Made by a program: the position numbers and the translations under genes. A stretch of 20,179 nt of DNA, taken from positions 39,714 through 59,892 of the forward strand of contig JBNPEG010000229.1 of the NCBI GenBank assembly GCA_051117555.1, in the 5' to 3' direction. This document shows positions 8,977-17,783 of this stretch, one piece after another; position 1 is the first letter of the stretch; each line of letters begins with the position of its first letter. The notes beneath the pieces were generated by a model, which saw nothing but the letters and a program-made list of their open reading frames with translations, made no database searches and was not told the origin of the DNA. The stretch comes from Elainellaceae cyanobacterium (GTDB lineage: Bacteria > Cyanobacteriota > Cyanobacteriia > CAZCXK01).

Positions 8977-9601
8977 GCGTCTTAACGGCCTGAATCACTT
9001 GAAGACTGCCTCCTGCATGGAGTTGGCGATCGCCCACTTGAAATCCAGTCTGGGTCAGTAATTCAACTAAATCGGTGCGCAGCAACTGCCATGCGGTTTC
9101 TGTTTCAAATAGAAACAAGAAGGCGGCAAGCCCTGGCATAAACAGGGGATTGGTGGGCTGATGGAAATCTACGAGGGTAAATACGCCGCCTGGTTTTAGC
9201 ACTCGATGAACTTCTTGGAGAATTTGGCGCAGCTGATCGGGTTGCATTTCGTGGAGAGCAACGCTGGTATGAACTACGTCGAATCGATGATCAGGGAAGG
9301 GCATGTCTTCTGCCCAGCCTTCCACATAGGTCGCATCGGGGACATTGTGTTGGGCACGCCGAATTGACTTGGGAGATGCATCTAATCCGGTGACATGGTG
9401 CGATCGCTCGACAAGAAATTGGGTGGCCTGCCCGCTCCCGCAGCACAGATCGAGAACGTCTGTATCGGGCTGAATGGAGACTCCATGCAGAGCTAATTGC
9501 CGAAATCGCGCTTCTCCCCCGACGCTGAGGGCACTCAAACGGGCGATCGCATCATATAGCCACTGATATCGATAGCTCCAGTCCCGCAAAATTGTTGCCA
9601 C
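8960..9601 (-). CDS. Class I SAM-dependent methyltransferase (UbiE-like fold)
   Basis: Motif I VLDLCCGSG, plus VTGLDAS, AEDMPFPDHRFDVV and VHRVLKPGG. GTG start with GAGGGA upstream, 14 nt after the cryptochrome stop. Confidence 0.92.
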   Translation of the reverse strand: MATILRDWSYRYQWLYDAIARLSALSVGGEARFRQLALHGVSIQPDTDVLDLCCGSGQATQFLVERSHHVTGLDASPKSIRRAQHNVPDATYVEGWAEDMPFPDHRFDVVHTSVALHEMQPDQLRQILQEVHRVLKPGGVFTLVDFHQPTNPLFMPGLAAFLFLFETETAWQLLRTDLVELLTQTGFQVGDRQLHAGGSLQVIQAVKTPKSKI

Positions 9602-9615
9602 AATGCGTCCCTCAC

Positions 9616-11082
9616 TTACTGCCGCGATAACGCCGCCTCATAGACTGCCTCGTTTGCTCGCACTGACTTAAAGAAATCCACCACAGGATTGGGATAGTCT
9701 ACTCCTATTCTCACATCAAACCGCTTCTGTTCGACAGGCTGCAATGTCCACGGCTCATGGACTTTTGCGCCTGGAACATCGGCTAATTCGGGCAGCCAGT
9801 GCTTAACGTAGGCACCTTGAGGGTCGTAGTCTTTCGCCTGTTTAATGACGTTAAAATAGCGAAACCCTCGCGCATCGTTGCCAACGCCTGCGGTGTAGTT
9901 CCAGTTGCCATAGTTGCTGCAAACGTCGTAGTCAATCAGCAGCGACTCAAACCATTCAGCTCCCATGCGCCAGTCGATTCCTAGATTTTTGGTCAGAAAA
10001 CTAGCGACGTTTTGCCGTCCGCGATTTGACATGAACCCAGACGCAGCGATTTCCCGCATATTGGCATCAACGAGGGGATAGCCCGTTTGTCCGTGCCGCC
10101 AACAGTCAAATCGTTCCCAATCCTGTGCCCAATCGACCGGCAATTTGCGTAACCCCGATGGATAAAAGACGCGATCGCCATGTTTAGCGCAAATAAAGCG
10201 AAAATAGTCGCGCCAAAGCAGCTCAAATATCAGCCAATAGGTCGAACTGTTTGCCACACGCTGATCTTCATAGCGCTGCACCTCTTCATAGATGAATCGC
10301 GGCGAGAGACAGCCAAGCGCTAACCACGGCGAAAATTTTGATGAATAATCAGCCCCCAACATGCCGTTGCGAGTTTCTTTATAGACCTTGAGCTGATCGT
10401 GCTTCCAAAAATAGTCATTCAGACGCTCTAACCCTGCTGCTTCTCCACCTTTGAAAGTTAGTACGGCTCGTTCATCGTAGATTGGCGGTTCCAATCCTAA
10501 TGTCTCTAAGCTGGGCAGCTCACCCACATCTATCTCTGGCAATGGGGGGATTGCATTGGGTTGAGACCGCGTTGGATTGACCGTTGATGACCGTTCAACT
10601 GCTTTACGAAACTGGGTAAACACTTCGGGCAGACGATTCACATAGAAGGGTAAATCATCCGGATGGAACAGCGTCGCACCCCAGAATGACTGAACCCCTA
10701 TATTGAGAGGCTTTAAGGCATTTCGAAGGTTTTGTTCAACGGTTAATTCTTCAGAAGTGACCTCGCTAGAATAATAAACCGTGGAAATTTCAAGCTCTTG
10801 AACCAGTTGAGGAATGACCGCTTCGGGCATCCCCATGCGAATGATTAAGTCGCTGCCGAGCGATCGCAGCGACTGACGCAGATTTTCCACGCTTTCGAGT
10901 AAAAACTGCGCTCGATAGGCTCCGGTTTTCGCGAACCCAAACGACGTTTGACCAAACTGCCGAGGATCAACGCAATAAAGCGGAATAACATGCGCATCGG
11001 CTTTGATTGCCTGATTCATCGGCTCATGATCGTGAAGCCGCAAGTCATTTCGATACCAAATTAAAATTCGTGTGTCAGCCAC
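9616..11082 (-). CDS. cry: DASH-family cryptochrome (photolyase/cryptochrome superfamily)
   Basis: WYRNDLRLHDH, YKETRNGMLGADYSSKFSPWLALGCLSPR, STYWLIFELLWRDYFRF, GFMSNRGRQNVASFL and YTAGVGNDARGFRYFN, characteristic of Cry-DASH. Confidence 0.93.
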   Translation of the reverse strand: MADTRILIWYRNDLRLHDHEPMNQAIKADAHVIPLYCVDPRQFGQTSFGFAKTGAYRAQFLLESVENLRQSLRSLGSDLIIRMGMPEAVIPQLVQELEISTVYYSSEVTSEELTVEQNLRNALKPLNIGVQSFWGATLFHPDDLPFYVNRLPEVFTQFRKAVERSSTVNPTRSQPNAIPPLPEIDVGELPSLETLGLEPPIYDERAVLTFKGGEAAGLERLNDYFWKHDQLKVYKETRNGMLGADYSSKFSPWLALGCLSPRFIYEEVQRYEDQRVANSSTYWLIFELLWRDYFRFICAKHGDRVFYPSGLRKLPVDWAQDWERFDCWRHGQTGYPLVDANMREIAASGFMSNRGRQNVASFLTKNLGIDWRMGAEWFESLLIDYDVCSNYGNWNYTAGVGNDARGFRYFNVIKQAKDYDPQGAYVKHWLPELADVPGAKVHEPWTLQPVEQKRFDVRIGVDYPNPVVDFFKSVRANEAVYEAALSRQ

Positions 11083-11470
11083 AGCTAATTGTCCAATTCA
11101 GTGTGCATTGTCAGGGGCACCGCTACCCCAAAAAGGAGTTTGGCCGCTGCGCTTTCAGCGCGAGATCGCAAGCATTAGATGCCCATAATAAGGATACATT
11201 TCTTAATATTTTGGTGCAGAAATACAGGAATACCAACCCGTTCGTAGAATGACCGCTACCCATTAAGAATCTGTAGAGCCGCAGCGCTTTGCGTTCGTTT
11301 ATCTGAATCGTGAATACTGAGTCAGCGCCAGCGTACTGCAACCCAGTGCAACTTTCAGCCCCTTTTCAAACCCGATTGACTAACAAACCTATCAATACTG
11401 GCCTGTTCGCACGTTGTGCGATCGCAGTGCGGCTGTAAACCATGCAGACATCTGTCGAGCGATCGCCCTG

Positions 11471-11740
11471 CCTCTGTGGAGTCCATCACCGTCATGTGAG
11501 TCATCACAATTTTCATGTGAGTCATTGCAATTTAATGATCATAGATGACATTCATATGTCGAGCTCTGATCATTCGATGTTGCTCTATGACAATGGCATG
11601 TGTGTCGATAACAATCCTTCTGTAGCAGCTACAATCCTATGTTTGTCAATAACAATCCTTCTGCAACAGCTACAATCCTATGTTGAGCAATGACAATCCT
11701 TCTGTAACCGCTACGATCCGATGTCGAACGATGACAATCC
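11471..11740. repeat. Degenerate ~21-nt periodic array containing three 41-nt tandem units (11608-11730)
   Basis: ACAATCC-like cores at 11590, 11611, 11631, 11652, 11672, 11693, 11713 and 11734 (alternating 21/20 spacing). CATGTGAGTCAT is repeated at 11493 and 11514. Confidence 0.85.
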
Positions 11741-11782
11741 GGCGTTGCTGAATGCGGCATTGCTCATCGACGAATGATTTTC

Positions 11783-11837
11783 GGAGGGGCAATAGCCCTA
11801 TGGGCATGGCTTCGCTAAGGCATTGCCATGCCCGTAC
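11783..11837. repeat. REP-like palindrome (GGAG-GGGCAAGGCA-T-TGCCATGCCC-GTAC) interrupted by a 26-nt insert
   Basis: Removing 11793-11818 restores a near-perfect palindrome preceded by GGAG and followed by GTAC. Confidence 0.6.
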
Positions 11838-11930
11838 AACGGGTGGTTGGTGAGTTAGTGATTTCCCTATCATTCATCAATTTCGCAACGTCCTGAATGC
11901 GAATATGATTTTTGTGCGTAAGTTCCCGTG

Positions 11931-11979
11931 GGAGGGGCGGTTCGCGTTTGCGCAGCATCTCGCAGAAAACCGCCCGGAC
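11931..11979. repeat. REP-like palindrome (GGAG-GGGCGGTTCGCGAACCGCCC-GGAC) interrupted by a 21-nt insert
   Basis: Removing 11947-11967 restores the perfect 20-bp palindrome GGGCGGTTCGCGAACCGCCC. Confidence 0.7.
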
Positions 11980-12057
11980 GAAATTTATAGATTAGATCAG
12001 CAACACCGACTGACAAACGATTCGGTCTACGCCGATTGTCCCCAACCCGCGAGTCGT

Positions 12058-14838
12058 TTAAACGTATTCCTCAGACCCTAACTCGCTTGGTTGGGAACCG
12101 TTCTGAGTGCTCTCTAGCCCATTCGTACTATCGAAATGATGTCCATTCTTAGCATGATTCGAATTCTCACTATGATTCGAATTCTCACTATGATTCGAAT
12201 TCTCGACTGGTACTGGATCGGTTTCTTTAATTGGCTTTCGAGCCTCAATCATCTGAATGGCTCGGCTGACACTCTCCGGGAGAATCACGACTAAGCTTCC
12301 ATCGGGAGCTTGATCAAGAGCCAGATTAATGGCGTCGGTTTCATTCAAAATGGATTCGAACCGGCTATTGGGAGCGATCGCCTGAATGCCTTCTACAATC
12401 AGATTTGCTGCCTCCCCACGGGGGCGCCCGCGGGTGTCATCATCTTCTTTAATGATGATGCGATCAAACATATCAGCCGCTAGCCGCCCTAGAGTAATAA
12501 AGTCTTGATCTCGGCGATCGCCCGGTCCACCAATGACCCCAATGCGCTCACCTGGCCAATTCCGCACAAAGCCGCCCAACGCCTCATAGCTGGCTGGATT
12601 GTGAGCATAATCCACCAGTGTGTGGTAGCGACCTAGATCAAAAAGATTCATCCGTCCAGGAGTTTGGTTCGCAGATGCCTTAAAGGTTTTCAACGCATCG
12701 CGAATATCGTCGATAGTCACACCCTGAACAAACGCGGCTAATGACGCCGCTAGCGCATTCGCAATCATAAACGGAGCTCGTCCTCTCATCGTTATGGGGA
12801 CATCTTCGGCATGTTCGATGCGATATGTCCAGTGCCCTTTGAGAATCGATAAATAGCCATTTTCATAAACGGCTGCTAATCCGCCCTCGGAGAGGTGCTT
12901 TAGCAATATCTCGCTCGTTGGATGCATCGAGAAGTAAGCAACCTGAGCCTTAACCCGCTTTGCCATATCGGCAACACGCGGATCATCGGCATTTAAAATT
13001 GCATACCCTCCGGGTTGGGCAGACTCTGCAACCACGCTCTTTAGATGTGCCAAATCATCCACCGTGTTGATATCGCCGATGCCCAAATGGTCAGCCGCGA
13101 CATTCAGCACAATGCCCACATCGCACTGACGAAATCCTAACCCCGATCGAAGAATGCCACCCCGGGCTGTTTCTAAAACAGCGACTTCTATGGTCGGGTC
13201 TTGGAGGATGACCTGAGCACTCTGAGGCCCCGTCGTATCACCTGATTCAACCAAAAAATCACCGATATAAATTCCATCGGTCGTTGTATAGCCTACAATC
13301 TGCTGGGTTTGTCTAAATATGTGAGCCAGCAAGCGGGTTGTGGTCGTTTTCCCATTGGTTCCAGTAATGGCAAGAATTGGCACGCGGGTCGGCGTATCTG
13401 GCGGAAACAGCATCCTAATGATCGGCTCGGCCACGTTGCGAGGAATCCCTTCGCTGGGCGATACATGCATTCGCAACCCTGGAGCGGCATTCACTTCGAC
13501 AACAACACCATCCACTTCATACAACGGACGAGAAATATCCGAGGTGACGATATCGATGCCTGCAATATCTAAGCCGATGATTTTAGAGGCGCGCTCAGCG
13601 AGCCAGACATTTCTAGGGTGAATATCGTCGGTGCGATCAATTGCAATCCCACCCGTGCTCAGATTCGCAGTCGCTCTGAGATAACAAATTTCCCCATCGT
13701 CGAGAACAGTTGTGAGCGTATATCCTTGGCGATCGAGCAGTTCCCAACTCGTGCGATCGACTTCGATGCGGGTTAAGACATTGTCGTGCCCTTCTCCTCG
13801 ACGGGGATCGCGATTGGTATGCTCAATCAACTCTTCGATTGTTGAGCGTCCATCCCCGACGACGTGAGCGGGGACCCGTTCAGCAACGGCAATCACTTTT
13901 CCATTAATAACTAAGACGCGATGATCCTGCCCTTGGTAATATCGCTCAACGATAACCCCTTTAGAGATGCTCTTCGCAGCATCATAAGCGGCTTCGGCAC
14001 GATCCCAATTTTCGATATTGATGGTGATCCCACGCCCATGATTGCCATCTAGCGGCTTAATTACGATGGGATAGCCGCCTACGGTCTCGATTGCTTTGTC
14101 TAATTCATCGAGATAATAAATCACTTCGCCTCGAGGCACCGGGACGCCAGCATTGCGTAAAATTCGCTTGGTGCTTTCTTTATCGGAGGCAAGTTCGACT
14201 CCTAAGATGCCGGTCATCCCGCTTAACGTTGCCTGAATTCGCTTTTGATAGGCCCCGTATCCAAGCTGAATCATGGCTCGCGAATCAAGCTCAACCCACG
14301 GAATTCCTTGGGCATCTGCCTCTTTGATGATCGCTTCGGTGCTAGGTCCGAGCGAGGCTTGTTCTCGTAACTCATTTAAGTCTCGTAAGTCTTGCTCTAA
14401 TTCTTCCTGAGGATAGTAGCCCGATTCAATGATGCTTTGGCACAAGCGAAATGCGGCTCTCGCAGCGTAGCGTCCCGCTTGCTCAGTCTGATATTGGAAC
14501 ACAACCTGATAAACGCCTGACTCAGAGGTTTCGCGAGTCCGCCCAAACCCGACTGGCATGCCAGCCAATGTCTGGAGTTCAAGGGCAACGTGTTCGAGGA
14601 TGTGCCCCATCATGGTTCCTTCTTTGACTCGACTTAAGAATCCGCCTCGATGACCGGGGGAGCAATAGTGTTCAATCAGGGTCGGAAGAGAATCGGCTAA
14701 GCCTTCATAAAACCCTGGAAGATGATTAGATGGACGATCGGCTAAATCTTCCAAATCTAGACGAACAACGATGAGTTGGTGGAATCGAATGCTCCAGTAG
14801 TTTGGACCGCGTAAGGTTTGAGTTCTCAGAATTCTCAT
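12058..14838 (-). CDS. cphA: Cyanophycin synthetase CphA1
   Basis: N-terminus LRGPNYWS, ATP-grasp motif VIKPLDGNHGRG, LRATANLSTGG, and Mur-ligase-like ITGTNGKTTT, LETARGG and VDYAHNP. Lies downstream of cphB. Confidence 0.98.
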   Translation of the reverse strand: MRILRTQTLRGPNYWSIRFHQLIVVRLDLEDLADRPSNHLPGFYEGLADSLPTLIEHYCSPGHRGGFLSRVKEGTMMGHILEHVALELQTLAGMPVGFGRTRETSESGVYQVVFQYQTEQAGRYAARAAFRLCQSIIESGYYPQEELEQDLRDLNELREQASLGPSTEAIIKEADAQGIPWVELDSRAMIQLGYGAYQKRIQATLSGMTGILGVELASDKESTKRILRNAGVPVPRGEVIYYLDELDKAIETVGGYPIVIKPLDGNHGRGITINIENWDRAEAAYDAAKSISKGVIVERYYQGQDHRVLVINGKVIAVAERVPAHVVGDGRSTIEELIEHTNRDPRRGEGHDNVLTRIEVDRTSWELLDRQGYTLTTVLDDGEICYLRATANLSTGGIAIDRTDDIHPRNVWLAERASKIIGLDIAGIDIVTSDISRPLYEVDGVVVEVNAAPGLRMHVSPSEGIPRNVAEPIIRMLFPPDTPTRVPILAITGTNGKTTTTRLLAHIFRQTQQIVGYTTTDGIYIGDFLVESGDTTGPQSAQVILQDPTIEVAVLETARGGILRSGLGFRQCDVGIVLNVAADHLGIGDINTVDDLAHLKSVVAESAQPGGYAILNADDPRVADMAKRVKAQVAYFSMHPTSEILLKHLSEGGLAAVYENGYLSILKGHWTYRIEHAEDVPITMRGRAPFMIANALAASLAAFVQGVTIDDIRDALKTFKASANQTPGRMNLFDLGRYHTLVDYAHNPASYEALGGFVRNWPGERIGVIGGPGDRRDQDFITLGRLAADMFDRIIIKEDDDTRGRPRGEAANLIVEGIQAIAPNSRFESILNETDAINLALDQAPDGSLVVILPESVSRAIQMIEARKPIKETDPVPVENSNHSENSNHSENSNHAKNGHHFDSTNGLESTQNGSQPSELGSEEYV
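12154..12204. repeat. In-frame 18-bp tandem repeat (~2.8 copies) encoding ENSNHS units in the CphA C-terminal tail
   Basis: ATGATTCGAATTCTCACT at 12154 and 12172, with a partial copy at 12190. Confidence 0.92.
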
Positions 14839-15046
14839 GGTGGTGTCGAGGAATCTCTCAGCTAGGGCAGCAGTTGCATTAACCTTCTAGTCTCAAGCTT
14901 CAGAAAACGCTGCAACTGTTTATGGCGAACAGTTTCTCTAGGAAAATTGGCGGTTGATACGGCCTAACGCTTGAACTCGCTACAATTCGGCAATAGTGAC
15001 TTGATAGTTAATACGTCTTTCTAACACTATGAAACCTAAAATCAAA

Positions 15047-15075
15047 GAAGTCTCACCCAATGAAGTCTCACCCAA
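15047..15075. repeat. Tandem duplication GAAGTCTCACCCAA x2 (15-nt period) in the cphB-cphA spacer
   Basis: Read directly at 15047-15060 and 15062-15075. Confidence 0.85.
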
Positions 15076-15110
15076 CATAGCGGGCATGATGAGTGAGTAT
15101 AACGGGGAAT

Positions 15111-15962
15111 TTAGACATCAGGCGATAAAACTTTTTGTTTGCCCAAATCATAGCGATCGCCATGGCTCAACACATGAATTCGCAAATTATGAATACTAAG
15201 AGGAGCAGTCGTTTCGATATCGGGTTGATTGGTATACGACAATTCTTGCGCATCAACGACGGTAACCGTTCCCTTGCCAATCACGCGAAACGTATCCTGC
15301 CCGTCAAATAGCGCACACGTATCTTCGTCGATGCCGATGCCAAATTTGTCAGGATATGCGGCGATCGCACTCATCAACCGAGCCATTCGATTACGGTTAT
15401 GGAAATGCTGATCCACAATGATTTCGGGGATGATATCCAATCCGGCAGCCATGTCGACTAGGGATCGATTTGGAGATTCACCGCTACCGCCGCCTGCGAT
15501 CATGTACTCGCCCATGACGGCTGCTCCCGCGCTAGTTCCGGCCAGAGCAATTTCACCCAACTGAGCGCGAATCCGAATTTTCTCCATCAGAGGCGTGTCT
15601 GTCATCAAGCCACAGAGGCGGAGTTGATCCCCGCCAGTCATAAAGATGCCAGTCGCTCGGTCCAAAAACTCTTGCCATTTTGGATCTTCCCCTTCTCGGC
15701 GATCGCGAATGTCGAGAAGCTCAATGTCTTTAGCTCCCATATCTTGAAAGATAGTGCGATAGCGATCGCCGATAACTCCTGGTTCTCTAGACGCACAGGG
15801 AATGATGCCAATTTGGGCATCTATTCCACCCGCGCGCTCAAAGAAGGTATGAAGAATTTCACGTCCGTGGACTTTGTCTTCGGCTCCGCCGATGACCATA
15901 ACAGCCGTTTGTGTAAGCTGGGGCATTCTCTGCTGAAGAGATTGGTGTTCAAGTTGCAGCAT
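15111..15962 (-). CDS. cphB: Cyanophycinase (peptidase S51)
   Basis: IIGGAEDK-like motif, TGGDQLR, catalytic GTSAG, VDQHFHNRNR and GIDEDT. The start is placed at ATG 15962 (MLQLEH) because AGGAG lies just upstream; the track extends to 16076. Confidence 0.97.
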   Translation of the reverse strand: MLQLEHQSLQQRMPQLTQTAVMVIGGAEDKVHGREILHTFFERAGGIDAQIGIIPCASREPGVIGDRYRTIFQDMGAKDIELLDIRDRREGEDPKWQEFLDRATGIFMTGGDQLRLCGLMTDTPLMEKIRIRAQLGEIALAGTSAGAAVMGEYMIAGGGSGESPNRSLVDMAAGLDIIPEIIVDQHFHNRNRMARLMSAIAAYPDKFGIGIDEDTCALFDGQDTFRVIGKGTVTVVDAQELSYTNQPDIETTAPLSIHNLRIHVLSHGDRYDLGKQKVLSPDV

Positions 15963-16391
15963 AGCTTCGCTCCTGGGCTTGAATCGCATCCAACGCTCCA
16001 GAAGCTTGCCAAGGTTCATAATCCGTCGACTTATCTGTTCACTCAACCGTCGCGATACTGCTATTCGCAAAAACAACTCCTATTCTAGAGTCAGCGGAGC
16101 AATTCATTGGATTGAATTTTTATCAAACGATCGAGACATTAGCAATAAATCGGGTTTAACGACCTAGAAACGTCTTGCAGTTTGGATTTGAATAGAGCGA
16201 GTCTAGATAGACTTCAATTCAAAGACGCTGGAGCAGACTAAATGCATCTGGCTCAAAACTCGACCTTTTCTTCAAGGAAAATTAAAGTTTTGAGCATAGA
16301 TGCGGTTTAATATAGGCATCATGCCAGATTTTTAAGAAAAGTTTAAGTATCTAATACAAAATCCTCTAAAAATTCGTTTCCGAAGTATCCA

Positions 16392-17096
16392 GTGAGATTT
16401 GACATCATTACGCTTTTCCCTGAATTTTTCTCATCTCCTCTCAAGTCAGGACTGATTGGTAAAGCGCTTGAAAACAAAATTGCGGACATTTATTTCTCTA
16501 ATCCGCGTAATTTTGCAACAGACAAGCATCGACGGGTTGATGACGAACCCTACGGCGGTGGAGTTGGGATGCTCATGAAGCCCGAACCCATTTTTGCAGC
16601 GGTTGAATCTATTCCCGTTCTACCGCGACGTGATGTTATTTTCCTGACTCCTCAAGGGCAGACAATGACTCAATCCCTTTGTCAGGAACTCGCAGCTAAT
16701 GATGAGCAATTAATCCTAATTTGCGGTAATTATGAAGGCATCGATGAGCGAGTTCAGCATCTTGTGACTCGTGAGGTGTCGCTAGGCGATTTTGTGCTGA
16801 CCTGTGGCGAAATTCCTGCCTTAGCACTACTCAACGGCGTCATTCGTCTACTGCCCGGTACGGTAGGTAAGGTTGAATCACTCAAAGCCGAAAGTTTTGA
16901 AGATGGGTTATTAGATTATCCGCAATATACTCGTCCGGCTGAATTTCGAGGATGGAAAGTTCCTGAGGTGTTGCTTTCTGGCAATCATGCAGCGATCGCT
17001 CAGTGGCGACAGATGCAACAAATCCAACGAACGCGCGATCGTCGTCCTGACTTATATGAACGTTGGCTTCGTGACTCGAGTCGAGAGACAGATTAG
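16392..17096 (+). CDS. trmD: tRNA (guanine37-N1)-methyltransferase
   Basis: FDIITLFPE, VDDEPYGGGVGM, YEGIDER, SLGDFVLTCGE, YPQYTRP and LLSGNH. Confidence 0.98.
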   Translation: MRFDIITLFPEFFSSPLKSGLIGKALENKIADIYFSNPRNFATDKHRRVDDEPYGGGVGMLMKPEPIFAAVESIPVLPRRDVIFLTPQGQTMTQSLCQELAANDEQLILICGNYEGIDERVQHLVTREVSLGDFVLTCGEIPALALLNGVIRLLPGTVGKVESLKAESFEDGLLDYPQYTRPAEFRGWKVPEVLLSGNHAAIAQWRQMQQIQRTRDRRPDLYERWLRDSSRETD

Positions 17097-17129
17097 AGAA
17101 GATCGAACCTGAGATAGGTGGGTTGAATC

Positions 17130-17624
17130 ATGAATATTCGAATTGGTAATGGATACGATATACACCGACTTGTGGCCGATCGCCCTCTGATTCTGGGCGG
17201 GATCAACATTCCCCACGAGTTAGGTTTGCTAGGGCACAGCGATGCTGATGCATTGACGCACTCCATCATGGATGCCATGCTCGGAGCGCTGAGCCTCGGT
17301 GATATTGGGCATTATTTTCCGCCGAGCGATGTAAAGTGGGCAGGTGCAAACAGTCTAGAGCTGCTAGCTCAAGTGAATGGTCTAATTCAGGATCACGGTT
17401 GGCACATTGGTAACTTAGATACCGTAATTATTGCCGAACGGCCTAAGATGAAGCCATATCTGAAACTTATGCGCGATCGCCTCGCTGACGTCTTAACACT
17501 ATCGGGCGATCGCATCAGCATCAAAGCAACGACTAATGAAAAGCTGGGCCCAACCGGGCGAGAAGAGGGAATTGCGGTCTATTCAGTTATTTTGTTAGTC
17601 AAAACAGAACCTCAAGCTACATAA
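17130..17624 (+). CDS. ispF: 2-C-methyl-D-erythritol 2,4-cyclodiphosphate synthase
   Basis: [29 protein letters not shown] and [15 protein letters not shown]. Confidence 0.98.
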   Translation: MNIRIGNGYDIHRLVADRPLILGGINIPHELGLLGHSDADALTHSIMDAMLGALSLGDIGHYFPPSDVKWAGANSLELLAQVNGLIQDHGWHIGNLDTVIIAERPKMKPYLKLMRDRLADVLTLSGDRISIKATTNEKLGPTGREEGIAVYSVILLVKTEPQAT

Positions 17625-17783
17625 GGCATACGCATCAGTCAACATGCCACATCTGCCCCGATCTGCTACGAGTCGGATTTGATACGAGTAGACCCCGAAG
17701 TCGATTTGGTTCCTGACCGATTAGGCCCTAACCGAATATAGTAGAGTTGAACATTAACATTGCTAAGCAATATTCAAGGAGTC

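Noticed and set aside
11123..11341. 72-aa minus-strand ORF upstream of cry
   Set aside because: TTG start with no SD or family motifs. Its internal similarity (KALR.../KAQR...) just reflects the DNA repeat.
11590..11740. Possible CRISPR array (recurring ACAATCC cores)
   Set aside because: The constant part is only 7 nt, the intervening segments are 13-14 nt and similar to each other, and there are no cas genes in the window.
11442..11873. Track ORFs 11442..11693 (+) and 11670..11873 (-)
   Set aside because: They are read-throughs of the periodic array and REP, change register at the 41-nt units, and have no recognisable domain.
15963..16076. 38-aa N-terminal extension of CphB given by the ORF track
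   Set aside because: A clear AGGAG precedes ATG 15962, and the extension begins at TTG and looks non-conserved.
16347..16357. Possible NtcA site GTATCTAATAC in the cphB/trmD divergent region
   Set aside because: The spacing is N5, not the required GTA-N8-TAC.
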